Source of the DNA: an uncultured Acidobacteriota bacterium
GTDB lineage: Bacteria; Acidobacteriota; Vicinamibacteria; Vicinamibacterales; CAVVIG01
Assembly (NCBI GenBank): GCA_963757655.1
Contig: CAVWSQ010000001.1
Location: forward strand, 1,970,996 to 2,034,995
DNA length: 64,000 nt
Direction of reading: 5' to 3'
Under the pieces are notes generated by a model. That model was not told where the DNA came from, made no database searches, and worked only from the letters and a program-made list of their open reading frames with translations. The translations under genes were made by a program, and so were the position numbers. Positions 8,903 to 18,245 of this stretch are shown here, one piece after another. Numbering within the stretch: position 1 is the first letter of the stretch; each line of letters starts with the position of its first letter.

Positions 8903-9802
8903 TCAGGGCTGTTTGTGATCCTCGGGGCGCTTGCGCTGTTGGGGGCGGCGATGCTCTTCGCCTTTGTGTTCCTCGTGGCCGCGCTCGCCGCGCCGCTCCT
9001 GCTCGCGTTCGCGCACGGACGGCACTACGGCGCGGTGTGGCTCCGCGGGGCGTGGCCGCGCATAGCGCGGCACGTTGTAGGGGTGCACGTAGGTGAGGCG
9101 GTTCGCGCGCATCCGCGCCCACCGGGCGTCGTTGATGAAGACGGTGCGGCTGCTCCACGCGATCCGGTTGCCGCCCCAGCCCCACGGGCTGAAGTAGACG
9201 CCGATCGGCACACGGTAACCGTATCGGATGGCCACCAGCGGCCGGTAGCCGGGGCGCGGCCGCGCAAAGACGATGAGGGGATCGTAGTAGGGTACGACGA
9301 CGAAGCCTGGCGTCGCCGGCAGGATCTCGACGTATGGACCCGGGCTCACCGTGACCTGCGTATTCGAGCGAAGGTAGCCGTAGTCGCGCGCCTGCTGGCG
9401 CAGCCGCTGCGCGGCGTCGGTCACATCCTGCGGCTGATCGAGGAAAGCATTGCCCAGACTGGTGGTCCACGCCATGTCGGCGGCCATTGTGTGCAGCACC
9501 GACGGGAACGGCAGCAGCGCCTGCACGCTCGGGTCCGACGGCAGATGATCGTCGGCGATGGCGCGCGCCAGCGGCTCGCCGGTCAGGTAGTGGTGTTCGT
9601 CGGCCCAGCGCGACGCGTCCGGGATCTGTTCGGGAAAAGTCGAGGCAGCGAAAATCTGCGCGAGCAGCGAGTCCGGATACAGCGCGATGGGCGACACGAG
9701 GTGCTCGAGTTCGGCGGGCGCATACTGCCCCGGCGCCTGCGCCGACGCCGGGCCGGCGGCGAGACAGACGATCGACACGATGGCAATCAGCACAGCGCGC
9801 AT
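8903..9802 (-). CDS. DUF3300 domain-containing exported protein
   Basis: 299-aa ORF. Signal peptide MRAVLIAIVSIVCLAAGPASA. LVSPIALYPDSLLAQIFAASTFPEQI and DPSVQALLPFPSVL are the strings I recall for DUF3300. Basic, His-rich C-terminal tail. Confidence 0.8.
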   Translation of the reverse strand: MRAVLIAIVSIVCLAAGPASAQAPGQYAPAELEHLVSPIALYPDSLLAQIFAASTFPEQIPDASRWADEHHYLTGEPLARAIADDHLPSDPSVQALLPFPSVLHTMAADMAWTTSLGNAFLDQPQDVTDAAQRLRQQARDYGYLRSNTQVTVSPGPYVEILPATPGFVVVPYYDPLIVFARPRPGYRPLVAIRYGYRVPIGVYFSPWGWGGNRIAWSSRTVFINDARWARMRANRLTYVHPYNVPRYARPRPAEPHRAVVPSVREREQERRGERGHEEHKGEEHRRPQQRKRPEDHKQP

Positions 9803-9831
9803 GTTTGATACCTTCTGCTAGAGGAGCTTCC

Positions 9832-10932
9832 ATGATAAACCAACGCCCCCTCGCCGTTGCGCTGATGATGGCTGCCGCCGTGGCCGGGCCCCGGGCGCAA
9901 AGCCCGGCGCCGCACACCGCCCAGCATCACGAGTTCCGTATCGAGAACTTCCGCACCGAGAGCGGCGTCACCCTGCCACGGGCGCGGATCGTCTACGGCA
10001 CCTACGGCCGCCTCAACGCCGCCCGCGACAACGTCGTGCTGCTGCCGTCGCACTACATGGCCAACCATCACGGCTACGACTGGCTGATCGGCGCCGACCG
10101 CGCGCTCGACCCGTCGCAGCTGTTTCTGGTCGCCACCGAGCTGTTCGGCAACGGTTTTTCCTCGTCGCCGAGCAACACCCCCGAGCCGTTCCACGGCCCG
10201 CGCTTCCCGGTGATGACAATACGCGACAACGTCGAGGCGGTGCGCCGCCTGCTGGCCGACGATCTGCAGATCACGCACGTGCGGGCGATCATCGGTTTCT
10301 CGATGGGCGCCGAGCAGGCGTTCCAGTGGGCCGTGAGCCATCCGGCGTTTGCCGATCGGATCGTCGCCACCTCGGGCACGGCGAAGGCGTGGCCCCACGG
10401 CATCGTACGACTCGAGGGGCAGATCACCGCGCTCACTACCGATCCCGCGTTCAACGGCGGCGACTACACGGCGCCGCCGCGCAAGGGCATCGAGGCCTAC
10501 GGCATGGTGTGGCTCGGCTGGCTGTACTCGCAGGAGTGGTGGCGCCGCGAGATGTGGAAAACGGCGAATCCCGATCGCACCCTCGAGCAGGAGATCGAGG
10601 CGAGACGGAAGACGTTCTTCCAGAACAACGATGCCAACGACCTCATCCTCCAGGCACGGACCTGGCAGCGGCACGACGTCGGCACCACGCCGGGGTTCAA
10701 CGGCGACGTGCAGCGCGCGCTCCGTGCGATAACCGTACCGGTCCTGTATATGCCGTCTGAGACCGACCTGTATTTTCCGCTCAGCGACGCCAGGTTCGAG
10801 GCGCAGTTCATCCCACACGTTTCCTTGGTTCCGATTCCGTCGCTGTGGGGGCATCCCGCCGGCGCCGGCGGCAACCCCGCGGATCGTGCGTTTCTGAACG
10901 AGAACATCAGCCGTTTCCTCGCCGCTCAGTAG
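9832..10932 (+). CDS. alpha/beta hydrolase, homoserine O-acetyltransferase (MetX)-like family, exported
   Basis: Track ORF 9487..10932. Start moved to ATG 9832 (MINQRPLAVALMMAAAVAGPRAQ), preceded by GAGGAG at 9821-9826. FRTESGVTLPRARIVYGTYGRLN and nucleophile-elbow-like GFSMGAEQAF. Confidence 0.8.
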   Translation: MINQRPLAVALMMAAAVAGPRAQSPAPHTAQHHEFRIENFRTESGVTLPRARIVYGTYGRLNAARDNVVLLPSHYMANHHGYDWLIGADRALDPSQLFLVATELFGNGFSSSPSNTPEPFHGPRFPVMTIRDNVEAVRRLLADDLQITHVRAIIGFSMGAEQAFQWAVSHPAFADRIVATSGTAKAWPHGIVRLEGQITALTTDPAFNGGDYTAPPRKGIEAYGMVWLGWLYSQEWWRREMWKTANPDRTLEQEIEARRKTFFQNNDANDLILQARTWQRHDVGTTPGFNGDVQRALRAITVPVLYMPSETDLYFPLSDARFEAQFIPHVSLVPIPSLWGHPAGAGGNPADRAFLNENISRFLAAQ

Positions 10933-11011
10933 CGGCCCGCCTCCGTCATCTCGCTGGCTGCCAGCTGAAAGCCACGGTTGACAACCGGCCGGCAAGGACG
11001 AGAATTGGCGT

Positions 11012-12175
11012 ATGCGCAACAGAACGTTTGTCTTCATCAGCTCTGTCGCCGTCGCGACGGCCGCCCTGTGCGTGAGCGGCGGGTCGCTCGCCGCGCAGGT
11101 GCCAGCCCGGCCGGCCGCGGCAAAGCCGGTCAGCGTGCCGACAAAGGCCTCGACGATCAAGCGCACGGCCGAGGGTCACCCCGATCTGCAGGGCACCTAC
11201 GACGTCGCGACCATGACGCCGGTCGAGCGTCCTGCCGGCGTCACCAGCCTGACCATGACGAAAGAGGAGGCGGCCACGCGCGAGCAGTACGAAGCGGCCC
11301 GCCAGGTGAAGAACGATGCGCCGTTGAGCGGCGACCGCAGCGCGCCGCCGGTCGGCGGCGAGACCACCACCGGCAAGTCGTACCTCGAGTTCCTCGAGCG
11401 CCTCGGCGGAGGCGTGGTTGGCGGCTACAACAATTTCTGGCTCGCCGGTGGCACGCAGCTGATCGAAGTCGATGGCCAGAAGCGCAGCTCGCTGGTGATC
11501 GATCCGCCCGATGGCCACATCCCGCCGATGAAACCGGGGGCGCGCGCGCGCAACGCGGCGTTCGCCGCCGGCGGAGCGGTGGCGCCAGACGCCAGCGAAT
11601 CGGCGGCCTCCGGGCCTCCCGGCGCATTCGACGGTCCCGAGCTGCGCCCGCTGGCCGAGCGCTGCCTCCTCGGTTTCGGCTCGACGTCAGGTCCCCCGAC
11701 GCTGCCGAACTACTTCTACAACAACCTCAAACAGATCGTGCAGACCAAGGACAGCGTTCTTCTGCTGAACGAGATGGTGCACGACGCGCGCGTGGTGCGC
11801 ATGAACGCCGAGCACCTGCCGCCGACGATCCGGCGGTGGATGGGCGATTCAGTCGGTCATTGGGAGGGCGACACGCTGGTGGTCGACACCACCAATTTCA
11901 CGAGCAAGACCCGCTTCAACGGATCCGGCGATCAGCTGCACGTCGTGGAGCGTTTCACCCGCGTCGACCCGAAGACGATTCTCTATCGCTTCATCGTCGA
12001 CGACCCCACGACCTGGGACCGCGCGTGGACGGGCGAGTACCCATGGCGGGCGACCGACGAGAAGCTCTACGAGTACGCGTGCCACGAAGGCAATTACTCG
12101 CTCGGCGGGATGCTGCGCGGTGCGCGGCAGAAGGAAGCCGACGACGCGGCGGCGAAGAAGACCGGCAAGCAATAG
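11012..12175 (+). CDS. hypothetical exported protein
   Basis: 387-aa ORF. Signal peptide MRNRTFVFISSVAVATAALCVSGGSLAAQ. Strong GC3 coding signal. No family recognised. Confidence 0.75.
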   Translation: MRNRTFVFISSVAVATAALCVSGGSLAAQVPARPAAAKPVSVPTKASTIKRTAEGHPDLQGTYDVATMTPVERPAGVTSLTMTKEEAATREQYEAARQVKNDAPLSGDRSAPPVGGETTTGKSYLEFLERLGGGVVGGYNNFWLAGGTQLIEVDGQKRSSLVIDPPDGHIPPMKPGARARNAAFAAGGAVAPDASESAASGPPGAFDGPELRPLAERCLLGFGSTSGPPTLPNYFYNNLKQIVQTKDSVLLLNEMVHDARVVRMNAEHLPPTIRRWMGDSVGHWEGDTLVVDTTNFTSKTRFNGSGDQLHVVERFTRVDPKTILYRFIVDDPTTWDRAWTGEYPWRATDEKLYEYACHEGNYSLGGMLRGARQKEADDAAAKKTGKQ

Positions 12176-12186
12176 CGCCGCGGTAG

Positions 12187-13335
12187 CTTTCGGTAGGGTC
12201 CGCCCGCGCGCGCTGGCCCGATCTGTCGATGGAAATCCAGGCGACAGGATCGATTCCTGGTTTCGGTAGTGTCCGGCTTCAGCCGGACCGTCGGTTCGAT
12301 CGTATCTGGCAGCCGGACCGTCGGTTCGATCGTCTCTGGAAGCCGGACCTGTCGCCGTCTCCGCCAGCCTGGCGGGTCCTGTCCGCGAACAGCCCACTCG
12401 AGTGCTCGGCCACATGCTCTCGCACCTCCGCGAGTTTGCCTGCGCGCTCGAGCGGGCGCCCGTTCGCGGCCACCCGCGCGCGCTGGCCCGATCCGTCGAT
12501 GGAAATCCAGGCGAACGATTCCCGGTTTTCGGTAGTGTCCGGCTTCAGCCGGACCGTCGGTTCGATCGTATCTGGCAGCCGGACCGTCGGTTCGATCGTC
12601 TCTGGCGGCCGGACCTGTCGCCGTCTCCGCCAGCCTGGCGGGTCCTGTCCGCGAACAGCCCACTCGAGTGCTCGGCCACACGCTCTCGCACCTCCGCGAA
12701 TTTGCCTGCGCGCTCGAGCGGGCGCCCGTTCGCGGCCACCCGCACGCGCTGGCCCGATTCGTCGATGGAGATCCAGGCGATCGATTCCCAGTTTTCGGTA
12801 GTGTCCGGCTTCAGCCGGACCGTCGGTTCGATCGTCTCTGGCGGCCGGACCTGTCGCCGTCTCCGCCAGCCTGGCGGGTCCTGTCCGCGAACAGCCCACT
12901 CGAGTGCTCGGCCACACGCTCTCGCACCTCCGCGAATTTGCCTGCGCGCTCGAGCGGGCGCCCGTTCGCGGCCACCCGCTCGCGCTGGCCCGATTCGTCG
13001 ATGGAGATCCAGGCGATCGATTCCCAGTTTTCGGTAGTGTCCGGCTTCAGCCGGACCGTCGGTTCGATCGTCTCTGGCGGCCGGACCTGTCGCCGTCTCC
13101 GCCAGCCTGGCGGGTCCTGTCCGCGAACAGCCCACTCGAGTGCTCGGCCACACGCTCTCGCACCTCCGCGAATTTGCCTGCGCGCTCGAGCGGGCGCCCG
13201 TTCGCGGCCACCCGCTCGCGCTGGCCCGATTCGTCGATGGAGATCCAGGCGATCGATTCCCAGTTTCGGTAGTGTCCGGCTTCAGCCGGACCTGTCGCCT
13301 TCCCAGCCAGCCTGGCGGGTCGTGTTCGCGCGCGT
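12187..13335. repeat. tandem array of five 236-270-bp units (last one truncated), each carrying a GTAG-hairpin REP-like element and 0-2 copies of a nested 30-bp unit
   Basis: The anchor string cgctggcccg recurs at 12211, 12481, 12747, 12983 and 13219 (periods 270, 266, 236, 236). GGTAGTGTCCGGCTTCAGCCGGAC is present in each unit. The array fills the gap between convergent genes ending at 12175 and 13350. Confidence 0.92.
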
Positions 13336-13349
13336 GATGGAAGGCACTG

Positions 13350-14897
13350 CTACGAACTCAAGGAGGCGCAGACGGTATTCACCGCGCGCTCCAGCTGCGG
13401 CGTCGTGAACGGCTTCGACAGCAACGGCGCGCCGATCTCGCGGATCCGCTGCTGTGCCTCAGGGACAGTCGTGTAGCCCGACATGAAGATCACGGGCAGG
13501 CCGGCCCGCGCCTTGCGCGCCGCCTCGGCCAGATCGATGCCGTTGATCCCGGTCCTGAGCACGACGTCGGTCAACAACACCTCGGGCGCGCCAGGTCCCT
13601 GGATCAGCAGCAGCGCCTCGGTGGCCGCCTCGGCGACCAGCACGCGATGGCCGAGGCTTTCGAGCTGGCGCCGCACGATCGCACGCACGTCCGGTTCGTC
13701 CTCGACCACCAGGATGGTGCGCGGCGCCGATGACGGCGTGACCGCCACCGCATTGGTGGCAATCCTCTGGCGATCGCTGCCCGCCAGCGGCAGAAACAGG
13801 CTGACGGTCGTGCCGCGCCCCGCCTTCGAGGTGATCTTCACGGTCCCGCCCGACTGCTTCGCGAAGCCGTAGACCATGCTCAGTCCAAGGCCGGTGCCGC
13901 CGCCGCCGGACTTGGTCGTGAAAAACGGTTCGAACACCCGCGCCAGCACCTCCGGCGGCATGCCGCAGCCGTTGTCCTCGAGCGCGATCCGGACGTAGAG
14001 GCCAGGCTCGAGATCGTCTTCCGTCTTGCGCCGCGCACTGATCTTGATCGTCGAAGTGTGGATCGCGAGCGACCCGCCGTCCGGCATGGCATCGCGGGCG
14101 TTGAGCGCCACGTTGAGCAGCGCACCCTCGAGGGCGGCTGGATCCGCGTAGGCCATTCCCGCGTCGGTGCTGGTCGACGTCGTGACATGGATGGTGGCGC
14201 CGAGCGTCCGCCCCAGCAGCCGCACGATTTCGGCGACCACGACGTTGACGTCCACCGCCTGCGGGTTCAGCAGCCGACGCCGCGAGAACGCCAGCAGGTG
14301 CCCGGTGAGATCCTTGCCGTGCAGCGTCGCGCGCAGCACCGCGTCGACGATCTCGTCGGTGTAGGGATCCTTCGGAAGGTAGGACTTGAGCAGCTCGAGG
14401 TTGCCGAGAATGATCGCCAGGATGTTGTTGAAGTCGTGCGCCAGACCGCCGGTCAGCTGGCCCACGGCTTCCATCTTCTGCGATCGGAACAGCGCCTCCT
14501 GCGTCCGTTCGAGGTTCTCGTGCGCCTCGCGCAATTCGGTGATGTCGTGCGAGATGCCGAACACGCCGAGGCTCCGTCCGTCGGTGTCGCGATAGACGCC
14601 CTTGGACACCAGATACCGCTGCGGCTGGCCGTCCTGCCCGGTCGCCACCCCCTCGAACACCTGCGGCTTGCCGGTCGCGAGCACCTGACGATCGGCCTCG
14701 ATGAAGGCGCGCGCGTCGACGTCCGGGTAGAGCTCGTAGTCGTTCCTGCCGACGATGTCCGCGTGAGATTTGCCGATGAAGCGGGCGAACGCCTGGTTGA
14801 CCAGCACGTAGCGCCCCTCGAGATCCTTGATGAAGATGGCGTCGGGCGTCGCTTCGATCACCGCATGGAGGATGTCGAAGCTATTGGGGATCGCCAT
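13350..14897 (-). CDS. hybrid sensor histidine kinase/response regulator (PAS-HisKA-HATPase-REC)
   Basis: 515-aa ORF. PAS-like N-terminus, H-box GGLAHDFNNIL, N/G boxes (NARDAMPDGG, DNGCGMPPE, GTGLGLSMVYG), C-terminal receiver (ILVVEDEPDVR ... LLTDVVL ... LSKPF). Confidence 0.92.
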   Translation of the reverse strand: MAIPNSFDILHAVIEATPDAIFIKDLEGRYVLVNQAFARFIGKSHADIVGRNDYELYPDVDARAFIEADRQVLATGKPQVFEGVATGQDGQPQRYLVSKGVYRDTDGRSLGVFGISHDITELREAHENLERTQEALFRSQKMEAVGQLTGGLAHDFNNILAIILGNLELLKSYLPKDPYTDEIVDAVLRATLHGKDLTGHLLAFSRRRLLNPQAVDVNVVVAEIVRLLGRTLGATIHVTTSTSTDAGMAYADPAALEGALLNVALNARDAMPDGGSLAIHTSTIKISARRKTEDDLEPGLYVRIALEDNGCGMPPEVLARVFEPFFTTKSGGGGTGLGLSMVYGFAKQSGGTVKITSKAGRGTTVSLFLPLAGSDRQRIATNAVAVTPSSAPRTILVVEDEPDVRAIVRRQLESLGHRVLVAEAATEALLLIQGPGAPEVLLTDVVLRTGINGIDLAEAARKARAGLPVIFMSGYTTVPEAQQRIREIGAPLLSKPFTTPQLERAVNTVCASLSS

Positions 14898-15084
14898 GAC
14901 CGCATCATTGTGCCACCAAGCGCCGCGGTGTTTCAGTCGTCGCCGGAATTTCCGTGAACCGGGGCGCCCGCCGAGCGTTCGACCACGACCCGGCCGGATG
15001 GCGACACTTGCAGGATGGCGATTGTCTGATGGGTGCGTTATTCGCGTTCCGGCACGCCTGACGCCCGATCCTCGGCGCGACGTG

Positions 15085-15297
15085 ATGGTCTATCAAGTCA
15101 GGATGATCGATGCGCTCAGCGAGACGTCGATCGGCGACCGCTGGACCGTATGGCTGGGCACCGAAAGCGAAGGATCGTTCGACTGCGAGGCGGCGGCGAT
15201 CGCGGCTGCGCGTCAGCTCGCGATCGGCCATGCCCGGCCCGCCTGGCTGGTACCCGATCGCGGGATCGCCACGCCACTTGTCGAGATCGAGCCGTAG
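15085..15297 (+). CDS. hypothetical small protein (70 aa)
   Basis: Tail of track ORF 14827..15297 from ATG 15085 (MVYQVRMIDALSETSIGDRWTVWLG...). Third codon positions are almost all G/C. No family recognised. Confidence 0.4.
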   Translation: MVYQVRMIDALSETSIGDRWTVWLGTESEGSFDCEAAAIAAARQLAIGHARPAWLVPDRGIATPLVEIEP

Positions 15298-15393
15298 CGT
15301 CAGTGTCGATGTCGGTTGTTCGTCGCGCGAAGGCGGTTGCCTCGCGCAAACGATCGTCGGAACCGCAGATTACCGATGCGGCAGCACCGGACG

Positions 15394-15687
15394 TTACCGG
15401 TGAGGAAGAAGATCGTCGGGCAGCGGTGTCGAGGCGCTCGGCGGAAGCGGATCGTCGGCGAGCGACGGGGACGGCACCTGCGTCACCTGGTCCTCGACGA
15501 CCGGCGCGGCAGCCACCGGCGGACGCCGATGGCGGGCGAGCCCGCCTTTCCGTCCTGCCGCCTGGGCCTCCTCGCGGGTCCATTGGTGAGCGGCGCCTTT
15601 CTTGTGTGCGGCGCGCCCGCCCTTGCTGGCAATCTCACGCTGTCTGGTGCGGTCCATGGACGCGAAACCGCGGTCCTCGGTAGCCAT
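15394..15687 (-). CDS. KGG-repeat general stress protein
   Basis: Track ORF 15394..15987. Start moved to ATG 15687 (MATEDRGFASMDRTRQREIASKGGRAAHKKG...AAGRKGG), preceded by GGAGG with an 8-nt spacer. KGG repeats as in YciG/con-10-type stress proteins. Confidence 0.75.
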   Translation of the reverse strand: MATEDRGFASMDRTRQREIASKGGRAAHKKGAAHQWTREEAQAAGRKGGLARHRRPPVAAAPVVEDQVTQVPSPSLADDPLPPSASTPLPDDLLPHR

Positions 15688-16017
15688 GTAGGGAGCCTCC
15701 GGCCAGATCCGTGCAACGCCGGCTCCAGAAAATTGTGTCGAAACTGCACCGTAGAATCCCGCATAGCTCGACCAGCTCGAGGCCCCTGTCTGTTTTGGCG
15801 ATGTAAAAGCTCCACGGTTCACGCGGATCACGTCATCTCGACACGCGATCAACTGCCTCTCAAACGCAGGCGTGTCCTCCGATCGCGCGCCGACATCATC
15901 ACGAGCGACAAGCAAACGGCCACGAGCGCACGAACATGGCCTGCCATCGTGCGCTGGCGGCACGGCACGCGCACACTGACCGCTCATGACACGATTGAAC
16001 TGATCGAGGCACCAACC

Positions 16018-18213
16018 TTACGACAACGCGGCCTGGACATAGGCGAAGTCGATGCCGCTGCGCAGATAGTTCTCGACCCGATCCAGGACCATCGCCGCCG
16101 CCAGCCACGGCGGCCCGTCCTGTCGCACGCGATCCTCGATCAGGGTCGAGAGGAAGGCAAAGCCGTCGGCAACGGCGCGCGCACGAATCGCCTCGAGCAG
16201 GTGATTCTCGAGCGCGGCGGCGTTGCGAACGGCCGGCTGCACCGCCAGCGCCTGCAGGAAGAACGTGTTGTTGTCGCCGTAGTGCGGATCGGCGCCCACG
16301 CCTTCCTGGTCGTGGTTCTCGAGCGCGCTGCCGAGCGCATAACCGACGATGCGGCCGGAGACGCGATCGCGCAGGGCAATGGCGATGGCGCGCGGATTGG
16401 CCATCGTGGTCTCGAGTGTCTCGAGCGGAAACTGCACCAGCGGTCGACGGCCGGCGCGCAGGACGTCGGAGGGATAGGCTGCCGCAGCGCCGTAGCGCTC
16501 CTGCTCCACCGCCAGGATCTGCAGCTTGGCGGCCTCGAATTCGGCGGCGGTCAGCGTCAGCGTGTCGATGGTCTCGAGCGGAATATCCAGGACGCCGACG
16601 CGGATCTTCGGTGCGGCCAGCGGATCGGGCGCGGCGCCGCCGCCGGCGAAATCTTCGATCGCCGCACGCAGCATCGCCAGCGCATCGTCGAGGGCGGACG
16701 GCGCGGTGTCGTAGCGCGGATAGAAGCGGAGTGTCCGTTCGCCGGCGGGCAGGAGGATGAGACCGCGCCGGAAGGCGCGATCGAGCAGCGCATCGCGCAG
16801 GTCGGCGCGCACGACGTCGAACCCCAGCATGACGCCGGCGCCGCGAACGCTCCTCACGATCTCGCGATGGTCGCGCGCCAGGGCGTCGAGGCCGCGTCGG
16901 GCCAGGTCACCGGTGCGCCGGACCTGCTCGAGATCGAGGTGGTCGAGCTGAGCCAGCAGCCGCACCATGCCAACCGAATCGCCTTCCCACGTCGTGTTGA
17001 ACTTCTTCTCTTCCTGGAAAAAGGTGGCCAGCCCCTCGCTGACGAACAGGATGCCGTTCTGCGCCTTCTTGGCCCAGGTGACGACGTCGGGCGGACACGG
17101 CAGATCGAACAGCTCGTGGGCCCAGAGGCGGCCGGTCATTCCCCAGCCGGCCTGCACTTCGTCGAACACCAGCGGCACGTCGTAGATGCGCGTGAGGAGC
17201 CGCAGCTTGCGCATGAAGGCCGCGCTGGCGATGCGAACGCCACCCTCGCCCTGGATCGGTTCGACCAGGACCGCCGCGACCCGCCGGGAGCGCCGAATCA
17301 CGTCGGGCGCAAGACTGACGCGCTGCGCCGTCACGAACGCATTGACGTCCTGACCGGGGCGGGTGAGAAAATCGTCGATCGCGTCGATCTCGCGGCGATA
17401 CACATCTTTGTTCTTCCCGGCGCCCGGCAGTCGGCCCGACACCAGGAGGTCCCATAGCTGTTTCAGGCTGCGATCCTCGCGGCGCGCCGTCTCCTTGGGC
17501 GCGCGCGGATCGTCAACCGGAAACGTGATATGCGGCCAGTCGAACGTCGGAAAGCCCAGCCGCGCCTTCTTGCGGTGCGTCACCGCGAGGGCACCGAGCG
17601 TGCGGCCGTGAAACGCGCCGTCGAACGACACGATGAAGCCGCCGTCGCCGTCGGGCGAAGTCATGACGCGATTCATCAGCACAGCCTTGATGGCGTTCTC
17701 GACCGCCTCGGCGCCGGTGTTGACGACGAAATGGCGCGGCGTGCCCACTGGCGCAATGCGATTCAGCTCCGCCTTGAGCCGCAGCGACAGCACGGTCTGG
17801 TACTCGGAGTGGGCGTAGCGTTCGACCACAAAGGGCAGCGAGTCGAGCACCGCGGCGACGACGGCGGGATGGTTCTCGCCGTAGGCATGGGTGGCAATCA
17901 ATGCGCCCATGTCGAGGAACCGGTACGGCTCGCCGGTCTCGTCGCGATCGATCACGGCGAGATACGGGCCGATCGACTCGCTCGGATCGAACGCCACCGG
18001 CAGCGACAAGAACAAGCTGCTCGAGGCCGCCTCGAGCGCGCGGTGAGAGGCGGGCAGGAGCTGCGCGATCAGGGTCTCGAGGGTCTGTTCGCCATCCCGC
18101 AGCTGCGCCGGCACCCGGGCGCGGATCTCGCCGGCGCGATACCGCGCATTGAGTTGCGTCACGTGCGCGAGAAACGCCGCGGCGCGATCCAGACCGGTCG
18201 CGGTTACGTCCAC
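16018..18213 (-). CDS. class-III PLP aminotransferase (lysine-6-aminotransferase-like) fused to a C-terminal GNAT-like domain
   Basis: 731-aa ORF with a GTG start. FDGAFHGRTLGALAVTH and DEVQAGWGMTGRLWAHE match class-III aminotransferase motifs. About 230 extra C-terminal residues look acetyltransferase-like by eye. Confidence 0.85.
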   Translation of the reverse strand: MDVTATGLDRAAAFLAHVTQLNARYRAGEIRARVPAQLRDGEQTLETLIAQLLPASHRALEAASSSLFLSLPVAFDPSESIGPYLAVIDRDETGEPYRFLDMGALIATHAYGENHPAVVAAVLDSLPFVVERYAHSEYQTVLSLRLKAELNRIAPVGTPRHFVVNTGAEAVENAIKAVLMNRVMTSPDGDGGFIVSFDGAFHGRTLGALAVTHRKKARLGFPTFDWPHITFPVDDPRAPKETARREDRSLKQLWDLLVSGRLPGAGKNKDVYRREIDAIDDFLTRPGQDVNAFVTAQRVSLAPDVIRRSRRVAAVLVEPIQGEGGVRIASAAFMRKLRLLTRIYDVPLVFDEVQAGWGMTGRLWAHELFDLPCPPDVVTWAKKAQNGILFVSEGLATFFQEEKKFNTTWEGDSVGMVRLLAQLDHLDLEQVRRTGDLARRGLDALARDHREIVRSVRGAGVMLGFDVVRADLRDALLDRAFRRGLILLPAGERTLRFYPRYDTAPSALDDALAMLRAAIEDFAGGGAAPDPLAAPKIRVGVLDIPLETIDTLTLTAAEFEAAKLQILAVEQERYGAAAAYPSDVLRAGRRPLVQFPLETLETTMANPRAIAIALRDRVSGRIVGYALGSALENHDQEGVGADPHYGDNNTFFLQALAVQPAVRNAAALENHLLEAIRARAVADGFAFLSTLIEDRVRQDGPPWLAAAMVLDRVENYLRSGIDFAYVQAALS

Positions 18214-18245
18214 GTTCTCATCGTAACCGTCAGCGGCTGAGATCG

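Noticed and set aside
8826-9917. 363-aa minus-strand ORF and 336-aa plus-strand ORF overlapping the DUF3300 gene
   Set aside because: Arg/Ala/Gly-rich shadow frames. The 8903..9802 frame has the DUF3300 motifs and a signal peptide.
12285-12320. tRNA-like T-loop string GGTTCGATCG in the array
   Set aside because: No acceptor, anticodon or D arms can be folded around it. It is simply part of the 30-bp minisatellite.
12187-13335. CRISPR array
   Set aside because: The units are 236-270 bp and contiguous, with no unique spacers between short repeats. There are no cas genes in the window.
12094-13408. Family of about 190-250-aa ORFs on both strands inside the tandem array (for example 12279..12917, 12545..13153, 12668..13408)
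   Set aside because: They are frame-shifted copies generated by a repeat period that is not a multiple of 3. Peptides such as SGFSRTVGSIVSG and PAEAGHYRK are read-through of REP hairpins. Only a fragment of about 60 codons per unit looks coding, and it has no start.
15316-17457. 713-aa plus-strand ORF across the KGG gene region and the aminotransferase gene
   Set aside because: Antisense shadow ORF. The minus-strand frames carry clear family motifs and the GC3 signal.
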